Assembly (NCBI GenBank): GCA_024275755.1 | Contig: JAJRYN010000158.1 | Location: forward strand, 1 to 35,064 | Direction of reading: 5' to 3' | Source of the DNA: an archaeon | GTDB lineage: Archaea > Thermoplasmatota > E2 > UBA202 > JdFR-43 | DNA length: 35,064 nt | Shown here: piece by piece, positions 10,500 through 19,213 of the stretch | Numbering within the stretch: position 1 is the first letter of the stretch | Layout of the letters: every line of letters begins with the position of its first letter | Translations under genes and position numbers: made by a program | The notes under the pieces: model-generated | The model's input: the letters and a program-made list of their open reading frames with translations, nothing else | Told to the model about the DNA's origin: nothing | The model's database searches: none

Positions 10500-10573
10500 T
10501 GGGCCCGCCGAGATTTGAACTCGGGTCTATGACTCCCGAAGCCACAAGGATAACCAAGCTACCCCACGGGCCC
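10500..10573 (-). tRNA. tRNA-Pro(CGG)
   Basis: Minus-strand cloverleaf: acceptor GGGCCCG/CGGGCCC, anticodon arm GTGGC-TTCGGGA-GTCAT, T arm CCGAG-TTCAAAT-CTCGG. CCA not encoded; T-run downstream. Confidence 0.95.
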
Positions 10574-10657
10574 TGGAGAAATAATTTAGCTCCTTATTTT
10601 AATTTTTGTGGATAAAAATAATATAAAGATAATAAAGGAAAAATAGATGGGAAAAGA

Positions 10658-11872
10658 TTATAGATCTGTTGCCACAGCTTCTGGGGTTGTTTCAATGCTT
10701 TCTCTTGGCTTGAAAAGACTTATTATCAATACATTCCTGCTTTTGCTACCATATAAGCCCGCTTCATCAAATGCCTTTACTGTAAGATTCTTTGTTCCAA
10801 TGTTGCCTCCCCATTTCCATGTGTATGGAGGTGTTGTCACATTTGCCATTTCTTCTCCGTCAACATAGAATTTAACAACCTCTACGCCTATATTATCTGT
10901 TGCAATTGCTTCAACAGTTATCTTTCCTATAACTATTGTCTTGCGGAATGTCGGCAGAATGTTTCTTCCAAAAACATACAGTCTCTTCTCTGCAGGAGTT
11001 GCTATATCAACAGACGGCGCTGTCTTATCTATTTTTATTGTAACGTTTCTCACATCTTCAACATTTCCTGCTTCATCATCAGAATAAAATTCCAGTAAAT
11101 GCACTCCTTCTTCGCTAATTACAAATGGCTCTTCATATAAAGTCCAGTTTCCTCCATCAAGCCTGTAAAATGTTGCATTTATTCCACTGACTGTTTCATT
11201 TACTGTGAGTTTAACAGTCACATTACTGATATACCATCCATTTTCTCCCAGAGTGCCATTTAACTCAACTGTAGTGCGAGGAGCAGAGGTATCCACTGTT
11301 ATCTGGCATGTATCCTCGTCATGCGCCCCAAAATCATCTGTAACATTCAATAACACAGTATATACTCCATCCTCTGAATATGTATGCTTAACAATTTTTC
11401 CTTCTCCTGTTGTTCCATCTCCAAAATCCCAGCGCCATGAAACTATGGTGCCATCTGGATCATAGCTGGCAGAGCCATTCAGAGTAACTGTTCTTGAATT
11501 AACAAGCTGATCGGGCCCCGCATCAGCAACAGGTGGCTGATTTTCTATGGTTATATTTTTCTCTGCTACATCTGCAGTTAAGTTGCCGCTTATATTCCAT
11601 ACAACAACAAGTGTTACAGTATATACACCTGGTCTTGCATACTGATGCGTTGGATTCTGCTCAATGGAACCATTTCCGTCTCCAAAATACCAAACTCTTT
11701 CCACTATGTCTGTTTGAGGCGTAGAATTATCCATAAATTGCACAACATCTGCAGTTGATGGATTCTCTGGAGTCCATGTAAAATCTGCCCTTGGGTCATC
11801 AACTCCATTAACGTATCCTATGAAAGAGCACATTAACAATGCTGCAACAATAATACTTTTATTCATCTTCAT
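10658..11872 (-). CDS. Secreted PKD and Ig-like domain surface protein
   Basis: Signal peptide; two PKD repeats (WYFGDG, WDFGDG); two further Ig-like domains (YRLDGG..YSDDEAGNVE; FYVDG..PYTWKW). Confidence 0.87.
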   Translation of the reverse strand: MKMNKSIIVAALLMCSFIGYVNGVDDPRADFTWTPENPSTADVVQFMDNSTPQTDIVERVWYFGDGNGSIEQNPTHQYARPGVYTVTLVVVWNISGNLTADVAEKNITIENQPPVADAGPDQLVNSRTVTLNGSASYDPDGTIVSWRWDFGDGTTGEGKIVKHTYSEDGVYTVLLNVTDDFGAHDEDTCQITVDTSAPRTTVELNGTLGENGWYISNVTVKLTVNETVSGINATFYRLDGGNWTLYEEPFVISEEGVHLLEFYSDDEAGNVEDVRNVTIKIDKTAPSVDIATPAEKRLYVFGRNILPTFRKTIVIGKITVEAIATDNIGVEVVKFYVDGEEMANVTTPPYTWKWGGNIGTKNLTVKAFDEAGLYGSKSRNVLIISLFKPRESIETTPEAVATDL

Positions 11873-12115
11873 CCCTATTAAATGTTATGTCGTAAAGGTT
11901 TTTAAGTATATCGGATATAGCTCAAATATAAAGAGAAGATTGTAATTTAAGAATAATTGTCTTTTTATGGATTGTTACCACTTTCCTGACTCATTGTCTC
12001 CCTTTATGAAAAATGTTTTTAATTTTCTTCCTCAATGATAAATGAGCTGTGAAAACATTTTAATTCTATATACTCCCCCCATAAATTCTTTATACAAAAT
12101 TTTCATTACCTTTTT

Positions 12116-13530
12116 ATGCTAGAAGATTTAGAGCCTAAGATAGTGTGGAAATATTTTGAGGAGATTTGTAAAATTCCGAGATGTTCAAAGCATGAAGAAA
12201 AGATTGCAGAATACATAATGGAAGTGGCTAAACAGCATGGACTCGAAGTGGAAAAAGATGATGTGGGAAATGTTATTGCAAGAAAAAAGGCAAATGGCTA
12301 CGATAATGCGCCAATGGTGACATTGCAGTGTCACATGGATATGGTATGCGAGAAAAACAAGGATGTGGAGCATGATTTCAGTAAAGATCCTATTCAGCCA
12401 TATGTGGATGGAGAGTGGGTTAAGGCAAAGGGAACAACACTGGGAGCAGATAATGGCATTGGCCTAGCAATGTGCCTTGCTCTGATGGAAATAAAGGATG
12501 CGAAGCATGGACCTTTAGAATTTCTATTCACAGTTGATGAAGAAACCGGGCTAACAGGAGCTTTTGGACTGAAAAAGGAATTTATAAAAGGCAAGCTACT
12601 CATTAATCTGGATAGTGAAGATTTGGCGTAATATATATAGGATGTGCAGGAGGGGGAAATTCAACAATAAAGCTGCCATTAAAATTCAAAGAAGTCGATA
12701 AAGAAGGGTTAAGAATAACTGTAAAAGGGTTAAAAGGCGGACATTCAGGCATAGAAATCGACAAAGGAAGAGCAAATTCAATAAAGTTGCTTGCCCGCAT
12801 ATTGTACAACATAAATGCAAGGGTAAGTAAAATCGAAGGTGGAGACAAACACAACGCGATACCAAGAGAAGCAATGGCAGAAGTTGTGGCTGGAGAAGAT
12901 GCAATAGAAAAGATAAAGGAGCTGGAATCTGCATTCAGAAATGAATATTCAAGAACGGAGCCAAATTTGAAGGTGGAAGTAGAAAAATGCAGGATAACAA
13001 AAGTGCTTGATGAAGAAACAAATGAGAAATTAATAAAACTGCTTATGTCACTGCCACATGGTGTGTTAGCAATGAGTCAGGAAGTGGAAGGGCTTGTAGA
13101 AACATCAACAAATCTTGCAACAATAAGAATGGATGGAGAAGCAACAGTTGTCATGAGTTCAAGAAGTTCGATAAACTCTGCCTTAGATGCAGTGATGCAG
13201 AGCATAAGATGTATGGCAGAGCTTGCAAAAGCGAGTGTTGAAGAGGGAAGCAAGTATCCTGGGTGGAAACCAAATCTTGATTCCAGATTACTAAAAATAG
13301 CATCGGATGCATTTAAGGAGTTATATGGAAAAGAACCAGAGAAAAAGGCAATCCATGCTGGATTAGAAACAGGAGTAATAGGAGATCTCACAGGAATAAA
13401 CGAGATTATTTCCATAGGTCCACAAATAGAACATCCTCATAGCCCTGATGAAAGAGTGCATATAAAAAGTGTTGAAGAATTCTGGAAATATTTGCTGCAT
13501 CTGCTTGAGAAGGTAGCAAGAGAATGGTGA
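12116..13530 (+). pseudogene. pepD: Aminoacyl-histidine dipeptidase (M20C) split by a 1-nt frameshift near 12622-12624 (pseudogene or sequence error)
   Basis: 5' frame has QCHMDMV, LGADNG, VDEETG, NLDSE. The conserved continuation FGVIYIGCAGG..GGHSG..HAGLE..HSPDERV lies in the -1 frame. Confidence 0.85.
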
Positions 13531-15422
13531 AGGGAGTAGCCATAGCTACTATTCTTTTTCTCCTCTCCCTTAATTTTAATTTTTTTGATGGCGATTATGT
13601 AAAAGAAACTTATATGGTAGAGATGAGAGATGGTATAAAACTTGCTACAGATGTGTATCTTCCTGGAGATGGCTCAGGCTCATATCCTGTTGTTCTGATA
13701 AGAACCCCATATAATAAAAATGGTACTTCTGAAGAACTTGTAAAAGCTTTTGTGAGCAGAGGATACGCTCTGGTTGTTCAGGATTTACGTGGCACCCATG
13801 CTTCAGAAGGTATATTCAGAGCTTTTCTTGATGATGGCTGGAATGAATGTCAGGATGGAAATGATACTGTGCAATGGATTTTGAGTCAGGAATGGTGCAA
13901 TGGCAAGATAGCGGTATGGGGCGGCTCTGCAATGGGAATAGCTGGCTATATGCTTGCTGGCAGCTGTAATGTTACTTGCATGCTAATTGCCATAGCTGCA
14001 TCTAATATGTATAAGCATGCTGTCTACCCTGGAGGAGAATTCAGAATAGATGCTGAGGAATGGCTTAAAGAGCAGGAAGCAGAATACATGGTGAGGATAT
14101 TTGAGGAGCATTATAACTATGATGACTTCTGGAGACAGCTTGATTTATCAACAAGATATAATCATGTTGGCACACCAATTTACCACATTGGAGGATGGTA
14201 TGACATTTTTGCAGAAGGAACAATGGATACATTTTTAGGGTTGCAAGATAAGGGAAATCAAAAGTTGCTGATGGGGCCGTGGACTCATGGCGAATTCCTT
14301 ACAACCCAGCAGGGTGATTTGATTTATCCAATTAACTCACTGCTTGATGTATATGGCGAGACAACTGGATGGCTTGATTACTGGATGAAAGGAGAGGAGA
14401 CGGGAATAATGAAGGAGAAAATAAGATTCTATATGATGGGAGAGTGCTCAACAAAACAGGGATATAAAGCTAAAAGTGGCGCAGGAAATGAATGGTGGGT
14501 ATGCAATGAATGGCCTCCTTTTATTGTCGAGCCAACAAAGCTATATCTGCATGAAAATGGTTTGCTGAACTATGATATGCCGTATGCCGAAGAACCAGAT
14601 TCATTTTTATATGATCCTTCCAACCCTGTTCCAACCATTGGTGGAAGAAATCTTGTTCTGCCATCTGGGCCAATGAAACAGAATGAAATTGAGGAGAGAG
14701 AGGATGTTCTAGTATATACCTCTCTCCCCTTAGAAAAGCCTGTTACAATAGCAGGAAAAGTTATAGCTCATTTATGGATAAGCTCATCTGCAAAAGATAC
14801 TGATTTTTCTGTTCGCCTGTGCGATGTTTATCCTGATGGAAATTCGTATATAATAGCGCATGGCATCTTAATGGCAAGGCATCGCATTTCCTTTGAAAGA
14901 GAGGACTTTCTGGAAGGAGGAATATATGAATTGAATATATCTATTGGAAATACAGCGATTATATTCGATAAAGGACACAGAATAAGAATTGATATTACAT
15001 CCAGCAATTATCCAGCATTTGAGAGAAATCCAAATACAGGAGATGCTTTCAGAAAAAATGATAGTTATGTTGTTGCCGAAAACACCATTTACCATGATGC
15101 TGAACATCCATCCTACATTTTACTTCCTGTATTAAATGAATTCAAAATTGAGCCAGAAGATGGTATATTCATTGCTGGAAAGAAAGTTATGAATGCAAAA
15201 ACGCTTGTTATAATAGGGAAAATAAATTTTGAGGTAAGGGCAAATTGCAGCAAAGCCATCTTTTATCTGGATGGCGAGAAAAAATATGAGGACTATGATG
15301 AGCCATTCATCTGGCAGTTTGATGAGTTTGCCATAGGATTTCATAAAATCAAGGTGGAGATTTACAGCAAGGATGGAAAAATGGTTGGCAGAGAAAAAGA
15401 AATCATAATTTTCAATATATGA
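13524..15422 (+). CDS. Secreted CocE/NonD-family (S15) hydrolase with C-terminal Ig-like domain
   Basis: MRDGIKLATDVYLP, RTPY, QDLRG..SEG, WGGSAMG nucleophile, GGWYD, GPWTH, SSNYPAF. Confidence 0.92.
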   Translation: MVKGVAIATILFLLSLNFNFFDGDYVKETYMVEMRDGIKLATDVYLPGDGSGSYPVVLIRTPYNKNGTSEELVKAFVSRGYALVVQDLRGTHASEGIFRAFLDDGWNECQDGNDTVQWILSQEWCNGKIAVWGGSAMGIAGYMLAGSCNVTCMLIAIAASNMYKHAVYPGGEFRIDAEEWLKEQEAEYMVRIFEEHYNYDDFWRQLDLSTRYNHVGTPIYHIGGWYDIFAEGTMDTFLGLQDKGNQKLLMGPWTHGEFLTTQQGDLIYPINSLLDVYGETTGWLDYWMKGEETGIMKEKIRFYMMGECSTKQGYKAKSGAGNEWWVCNEWPPFIVEPTKLYLHENGLLNYDMPYAEEPDSFLYDPSNPVPTIGGRNLVLPSGPMKQNEIEEREDVLVYTSLPLEKPVTIAGKVIAHLWISSSAKDTDFSVRLCDVYPDGNSYIIAHGILMARHRISFEREDFLEGGIYELNISIGNTAIIFDKGHRIRIDITSSNYPAFERNPNTGDAFRKNDSYVVAENTIYHDAEHPSYILLPVLNEFKIEPEDGIFIAGKKVMNAKTLVIIGKINFEVRANCSKAIFYLDGEKKYEDYDEPFIWQFDEFAIGFHKIKVEIYSKDGKMVGREKEIIIFNI

Positions 15423-15472
15423 ATTGCACGGCAGAAGCAGCAATTTTAATAAGGAGTTGTGTATTTTTGGGT

Positions 15473-15952
15473 GTGGGAAAAAAAGCATTGATTGTTCTGC
15501 TAATTGCCATTCCTATGCTTTCAGGATGTGTATATGTGGATAAAATGGTGGAGCTTCTCACTCCTCCACCTCACTATGAATGGATTAAAGTTATAAATGT
15601 TGAAGAGAGTTTTGGATGGCTTGATATTATAAATGCTGAGATGGCAAAAATAGCAGACTATCCGATATTTATAAAGAACGATACAAAATATCTCCACATT
15701 TACGTTCACGTTGACTTTTCCAACCCAATCAATCCGGATTTCAAAACCCTTAGCCAGGGAAATCTAAATTTAACGATAATAATGCCCGATGGCGAGAATG
15801 TGACAAAAAGTTACTGTACAACAGGAAAATTGCATTCTTATGATGACTATTTCTATTTTACCTCTCCTCAGGCAGGCGAATGGAAAATAACAGTGAAGGT
15901 AGCTGGCTATGGCAAATACAAGATAGTTGCACAGACTTATCAGCCTGCATAG
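15473..15952 (+). CDS. Hypothetical lipoprotein (beta-sandwich)
   Basis: GTG start, KK plus hydrophobic stretch plus LSGC lipobox; P.AGEWKITV PPC-like strand. Confidence 0.7.
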   Translation: MGKKALIVLLIAIPMLSGCVYVDKMVELLTPPPHYEWIKVINVEESFGWLDIINAEMAKIADYPIFIKNDTKYLHIYVHVDFSNPINPDFKTLSQGNLNLTIIMPDGENVTKSYCTTGKLHSYDDYFYFTSPQAGEWKITVKVAGYGKYKIVAQTYQPA

Positions 15953-16013
15953 TTATGTACCTGGGGAGGAGCGACTCCCTCTTCACCGCTCAGAGGAGCC
16001 GGTTACCCCAGGC
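15953..16013 (-). ncRNA. Box H/ACA-type pseudouridylation guide RNA (single hairpin)
   Basis: GC-rich island. Lower stem GCCUGGGG/CCCCAGGU directly followed by ACA; internal pocket UAACC/GCUCCU; upper stem GGCUCC/GGAGUC; apical GA..GA K-loop-like cap; 14 nt from pocket top to ACA. Confidence 0.75.
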
Positions 16014-16024
16014 AATTTATAGAT

Positions 16025-16052
16025 TATGCGAAAAAGAAAAAATTTTCGCATA
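16025..16052. promoter_or_regulatory. Perfect 10-bp inverted repeat between divergent RNA genes
   Basis: TATGCGAAAA-N8-TTTTCGCATA. Confidence 0.4.
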
Positions 16053-16133
16053 TGCGCCTAGCCCTTTGGAATCAAAAAGAGGAAAACTCAAAAGAAAAAT
16101 AGAATTATATACTCTTGCAAAATTTCATGATGA

Positions 16134-16292
16134 GCCGCCGTAGCTTAGCCCGGTAGAGCGTCTGATTCGTATAGCCCGAGCCCTTTAGAAGAGGGCTTCA
16201 CCCCAAAATGAGGCTCCGGAAAATCAGAAGGTCGCGGGTTCAAATGCATTGCTTTGCTTTGCAAAGCATGCCTGAAAATCCCGCCGGCGGCT
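16134..16292 (+). tRNA. tRNA-Thr(CGT) with two introns (37/38: 16172-16222; 59/60: 16245-16278)
   Basis: Acceptor GCCGCCG/CGGCGGC with U73. Splicing gives anticodon arm TCTGA-TTCGTAA-TCAGA and T arm GCGGG-TTCAAAT-CCCGC. TATA-like TTATATA at 16105-16111. Confidence 0.9.
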
Positions 16293-16335
16293 CTTTTATA
16301 GGAATAAAATTAAATATTCACAAAAATATAACATC

Positions 16336-17703
16336 ATGGTTAACAGAAAATATGTTGTTTTAAGTGTGTTTCTGATGATTTTATTTAGTTATTCTATTGG
16401 AGGAGCAATTATAAAAAATGAGGATAAGAAAGAGAAAGAAAATTTGGGCAATGAACAGATTTTTTCTAGCAATTATAAATTTTTCAGTGAGGCAAACGAT
16501 GGCCTGATTGATAGGCTGATAGAAAGATTGATGAAAATGGCTCATATGTCTGCTCTTTCTGCTGCAATAGTTATAGGTGATGAAGTTGTGTGGACAAAAG
16601 GATTCGGACTTTATGACAGAGAAAATAGAAAGGAGGCGAATGAAGAAACAATTTATTTGGTTGCTTCAATATCAAAAACATTCACAGCTACAGCCATAAT
16701 GCAGTTATATGAGAAAGGACTTCTGGACATAGACGAGGATGTTAACAAATATCTGCCCTTTTCTCTAAGAAATCCGAAATATCCGGATGTGCCAATTACA
16801 GTTCGCATGCTGCTTGCTCATCAATCCAGCTTGGCTGAGGATCCGCCAGCTTTCTATTCTTATATTCCTGGAGATTTGGAAGTAGTTGGCTATCCATATC
16901 CATGGCTTGAGCAGTATCTCGTTCCTGGAGAAATTCATTACAAGCCGCAGGTATGGAGCGATTATGAACCAGGAGAAAAAATGTATTATGCAAATGTGGG
17001 CTACAGCCTGCTTGGCTATCTCGTTGAAATAGTCTCTGGAAAATCCTTTGAAGAATATTGCAGGGAAAATATTTTTGAGCCATTGGGAATGAAAAATTCA
17101 AGCTTTAGATTGTCTAACCTAGATGCAAGGAAGGTGGCTGTGCCTTACATATATTATCGCGGCGAATACTGGCCCCTCCTCCATTACGGCATTCTTGACT
17201 ATCCAGCAGGAGGACTCAGAACAAATGTTATAGACTTGTCTCGTTTTTTGATTGCTCATATGAATGGTGGCATTTATGATGGCGTACGAATTTTAAATGA
17301 GGATAGTGTTGATGAAATGCATACTGTGCAGTATCCAAGCAACACATATAATTTTCAATATGGTCTGGGGTTCCAAATATGGAAAATTGGCGGGGAAAAA
17401 TATGTTGGGCATACAGGCGGGCTGTATGGAGTGGCAACAAAAATGGTTTACAGGCAGAGTGATAAAACAGGCATAATTTTCTTCACAAATAAAGAAGTGA
17501 GGAATTTGAGAGAAATAATTGCCTTTTCTCTGATAGAACGCTTGTTATTCTGGAAGGCAAGCGGATTTAAGGCGGAAGAGCTAAAGCAGGAAAAAATAAG
17601 AGATACAGTTTTCGCCAATGCACATCTCCTCAGAGATTTTAATCTTGATGATAGCAAAATAGATAGCGAGATCAAAAGCTTGCTCTCTGCCCTTCTTCTT
17701 TAA
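16336..17703 (+). CDS. Secreted serine hydrolase, beta-lactamase class C/S12 family
   Basis: Signal peptide; SxxK (ASISK), YxN (YAN), LLAHQSS, HTGG. Confidence 0.9.
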   Translation: MVNRKYVVLSVFLMILFSYSIGGAIIKNEDKKEKENLGNEQIFSSNYKFFSEANDGLIDRLIERLMKMAHMSALSAAIVIGDEVVWTKGFGLYDRENRKEANEETIYLVASISKTFTATAIMQLYEKGLLDIDEDVNKYLPFSLRNPKYPDVPITVRMLLAHQSSLAEDPPAFYSYIPGDLEVVGYPYPWLEQYLVPGEIHYKPQVWSDYEPGEKMYYANVGYSLLGYLVEIVSGKSFEEYCRENIFEPLGMKNSSFRLSNLDARKVAVPYIYYRGEYWPLLHYGILDYPAGGLRTNVIDLSRFLIAHMNGGIYDGVRILNEDSVDEMHTVQYPSNTYNFQYGLGFQIWKIGGEKYVGHTGGLYGVATKMVYRQSDKTGIIFFTNKEVRNLREIIAFSLIERLLFWKASGFKAEELKQEKIRDTVFANAHLLRDFNLDDSKIDSEIKSLLSALLL

Positions 17704-18628
17704 TTCCTTTATACCATTCAACCATATCTTTAACTGTTGCCTTTAAATCATAGCCTGGCTTATAACCCAGTTCTTTCTTTGCCTTTTCACAGCTTATTCT
17801 TCTGGTTGTGCCAAAAGATTTTACTCTGAATCTCGTTAATGACGGCTCTTTTGCAAATGTTTCAGAAAGAAAAGCAGCAAGGTAGGCGAGAAAATATGGT
17901 ACATGTTTTTTTGGCTCCTCAACACCGAGTCCATTTGCAATTTCTCTAAATAGTTCTTCAATTCGACAGACAAAACTCACAACATTGAAAATTTCTCCTT
18001 TTTCATCTTTTTCAAGAGCAAGTCTCAGGCAAAGAGCAACATCTTTTGGGTGAGCAATAGTAATATAATTTTTCCCATCTCCAATATATGCCATCTTTTG
18101 CTCCTCCATTTTAGATAATAGCATGAAAGCGGCTTTTGATCCAGCACCCAGTACTAAAGGCGGCCGTATAACAGAAATGTGCATATCCTCATATTCATTT
18201 AGCACATTTTCTGCCTCAAGCTTTGAGCGCTGATACGCATTTATTGGTTTCTTTGGGCTATCTTCTGTTATCCATTCATTGGTATTGGGAAAACCGTAAA
18301 CGCCTGCTGAACTTGTATATATTATTCTTCCCACCCCATTTTTTTTACACATCTCTGCCACATTTCTTGTTCCTTCAACATTTACTTCAAAAAATTTTCT
18401 CCTATCGCCATAATCTGCTGCATAAGCAGCATTATGAAAAACTGCATCTATGCCATGAAAAGCTTTTTGCAAAGTGGAGAGCTTTGTTATATCTCCTTTC
18501 ATAACCTCAACGCCCTCAACTTTTATTGCTCTCCTTGTCAATGCTCTCACTTCATATCCGTGCTTCATTAGCTCGTTCAGCAAATATCTGCCTATGAATC
18601 CACTTGCTCCTGTAACCAAAACTTTCAT
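17672..18628 (-). CDS. NAD-dependent epimerase/dehydratase (3-beta-HSD-like extended SDR)
   Basis: VTGASGFIG, HNAA, TSSAGVYG, YQRSK. Start moved to ATG 18628. Confidence 0.9.
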   Translation of the reverse strand: MKVLVTGASGFIGRYLLNELMKHGYEVRALTRRAIKVEGVEVMKGDITKLSTLQKAFHGIDAVFHNAAYAADYGDRRKFFEVNVEGTRNVAEMCKKNGVGRIIYTSSAGVYGFPNTNEWITEDSPKKPINAYQRSKLEAENVLNEYEDMHISVIRPPLVLGAGSKAAFMLLSKMEEQKMAYIGDGKNYITIAHPKDVALCLRLALEKDEKGEIFNVVSFVCRIEELFREIANGLGVEEPKKHVPYFLAYLAAFLSETFAKEPSLTRFRVKSFGTTRRISCEKAKKELGYKPGYDLKATVKDMVEWYKGIKEEGQRASF

Positions 18629-18823
18629 TGTATGCAAAAATACAACAATATTTAATTCCTGTGATTTTAAATGGACATAATTCCAGAAAACAAATAAATG
18701 AATGAGTTGCTTTTTGTATATCATGTTTTAAGGTAAATGTTACAAAATGTTACAAACATTTTATTTTCATTCATTTTATTGGGTTCTCACAAAATATTTA
18801 TATTGCATTCTCTTCCTTCTTTC

Positions 18824-19120
18824 ATGTTCTGTCCTGAATGTGGCTCTCTGCTCTACCCAAAAGGCAAGGAAATGGTTTGCAGGAGATGTGGCTATAAAAA
18901 GACGAAAGAGATAGAAAGAATAATAGTCTCAAAAAGAAGAGACTTGGATTCAGCAATAATTGAAGAAGATATGCAATTGCTGCCAAAAACAAATGTTGTG
19001 TGCCCAAAATGCGGGCACAATGAAGCTTACTGGGTTCTCCGTCAGACAAGAGCCGCTGATGAGCCTGAGACAAGGATATATACCTGCACAAAATGTGGCT
19101 ACAGATGGAGAGAATATTAA
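18824..19120 (+). CDS. tfs: Transcription factor S (transcript cleavage factor)
   Basis: MFCPECG..CRRCG and CPKCG..QTRAADEP..CTKCG zinc ribbons with the acidic DE hairpin. Confidence 0.95.
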   Translation: MFCPECGSLLYPKGKEMVCRRCGYKKTKEIERIIVSKRRDLDSAIIEEDMQLLPKTNVVCPKCGHNEAYWVLRQTRAADEPETRIYTCTKCGYRWREY

Positions 19121-19213
19121 GTGGTTTTTGTTGCAGCTGTATGAATTAAGAAAATATTTTTCATTTTCAGTTCATTTCATGAAAATAAAGAATAGGGGAA
19201 AGGAGAAGATTTT

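Noticed and set aside
12610-12631. Programmed -1 frameshift in pepD
   Set aside because: No X XXY YYZ slippery heptamer and no obvious downstream stimulatory structure.
15880-16143. 87-aa ORF across the RNA gene region
   Set aside because: It overlaps the lipoprotein gene, the H/ACA hairpin and the tRNA, and has no protein features.
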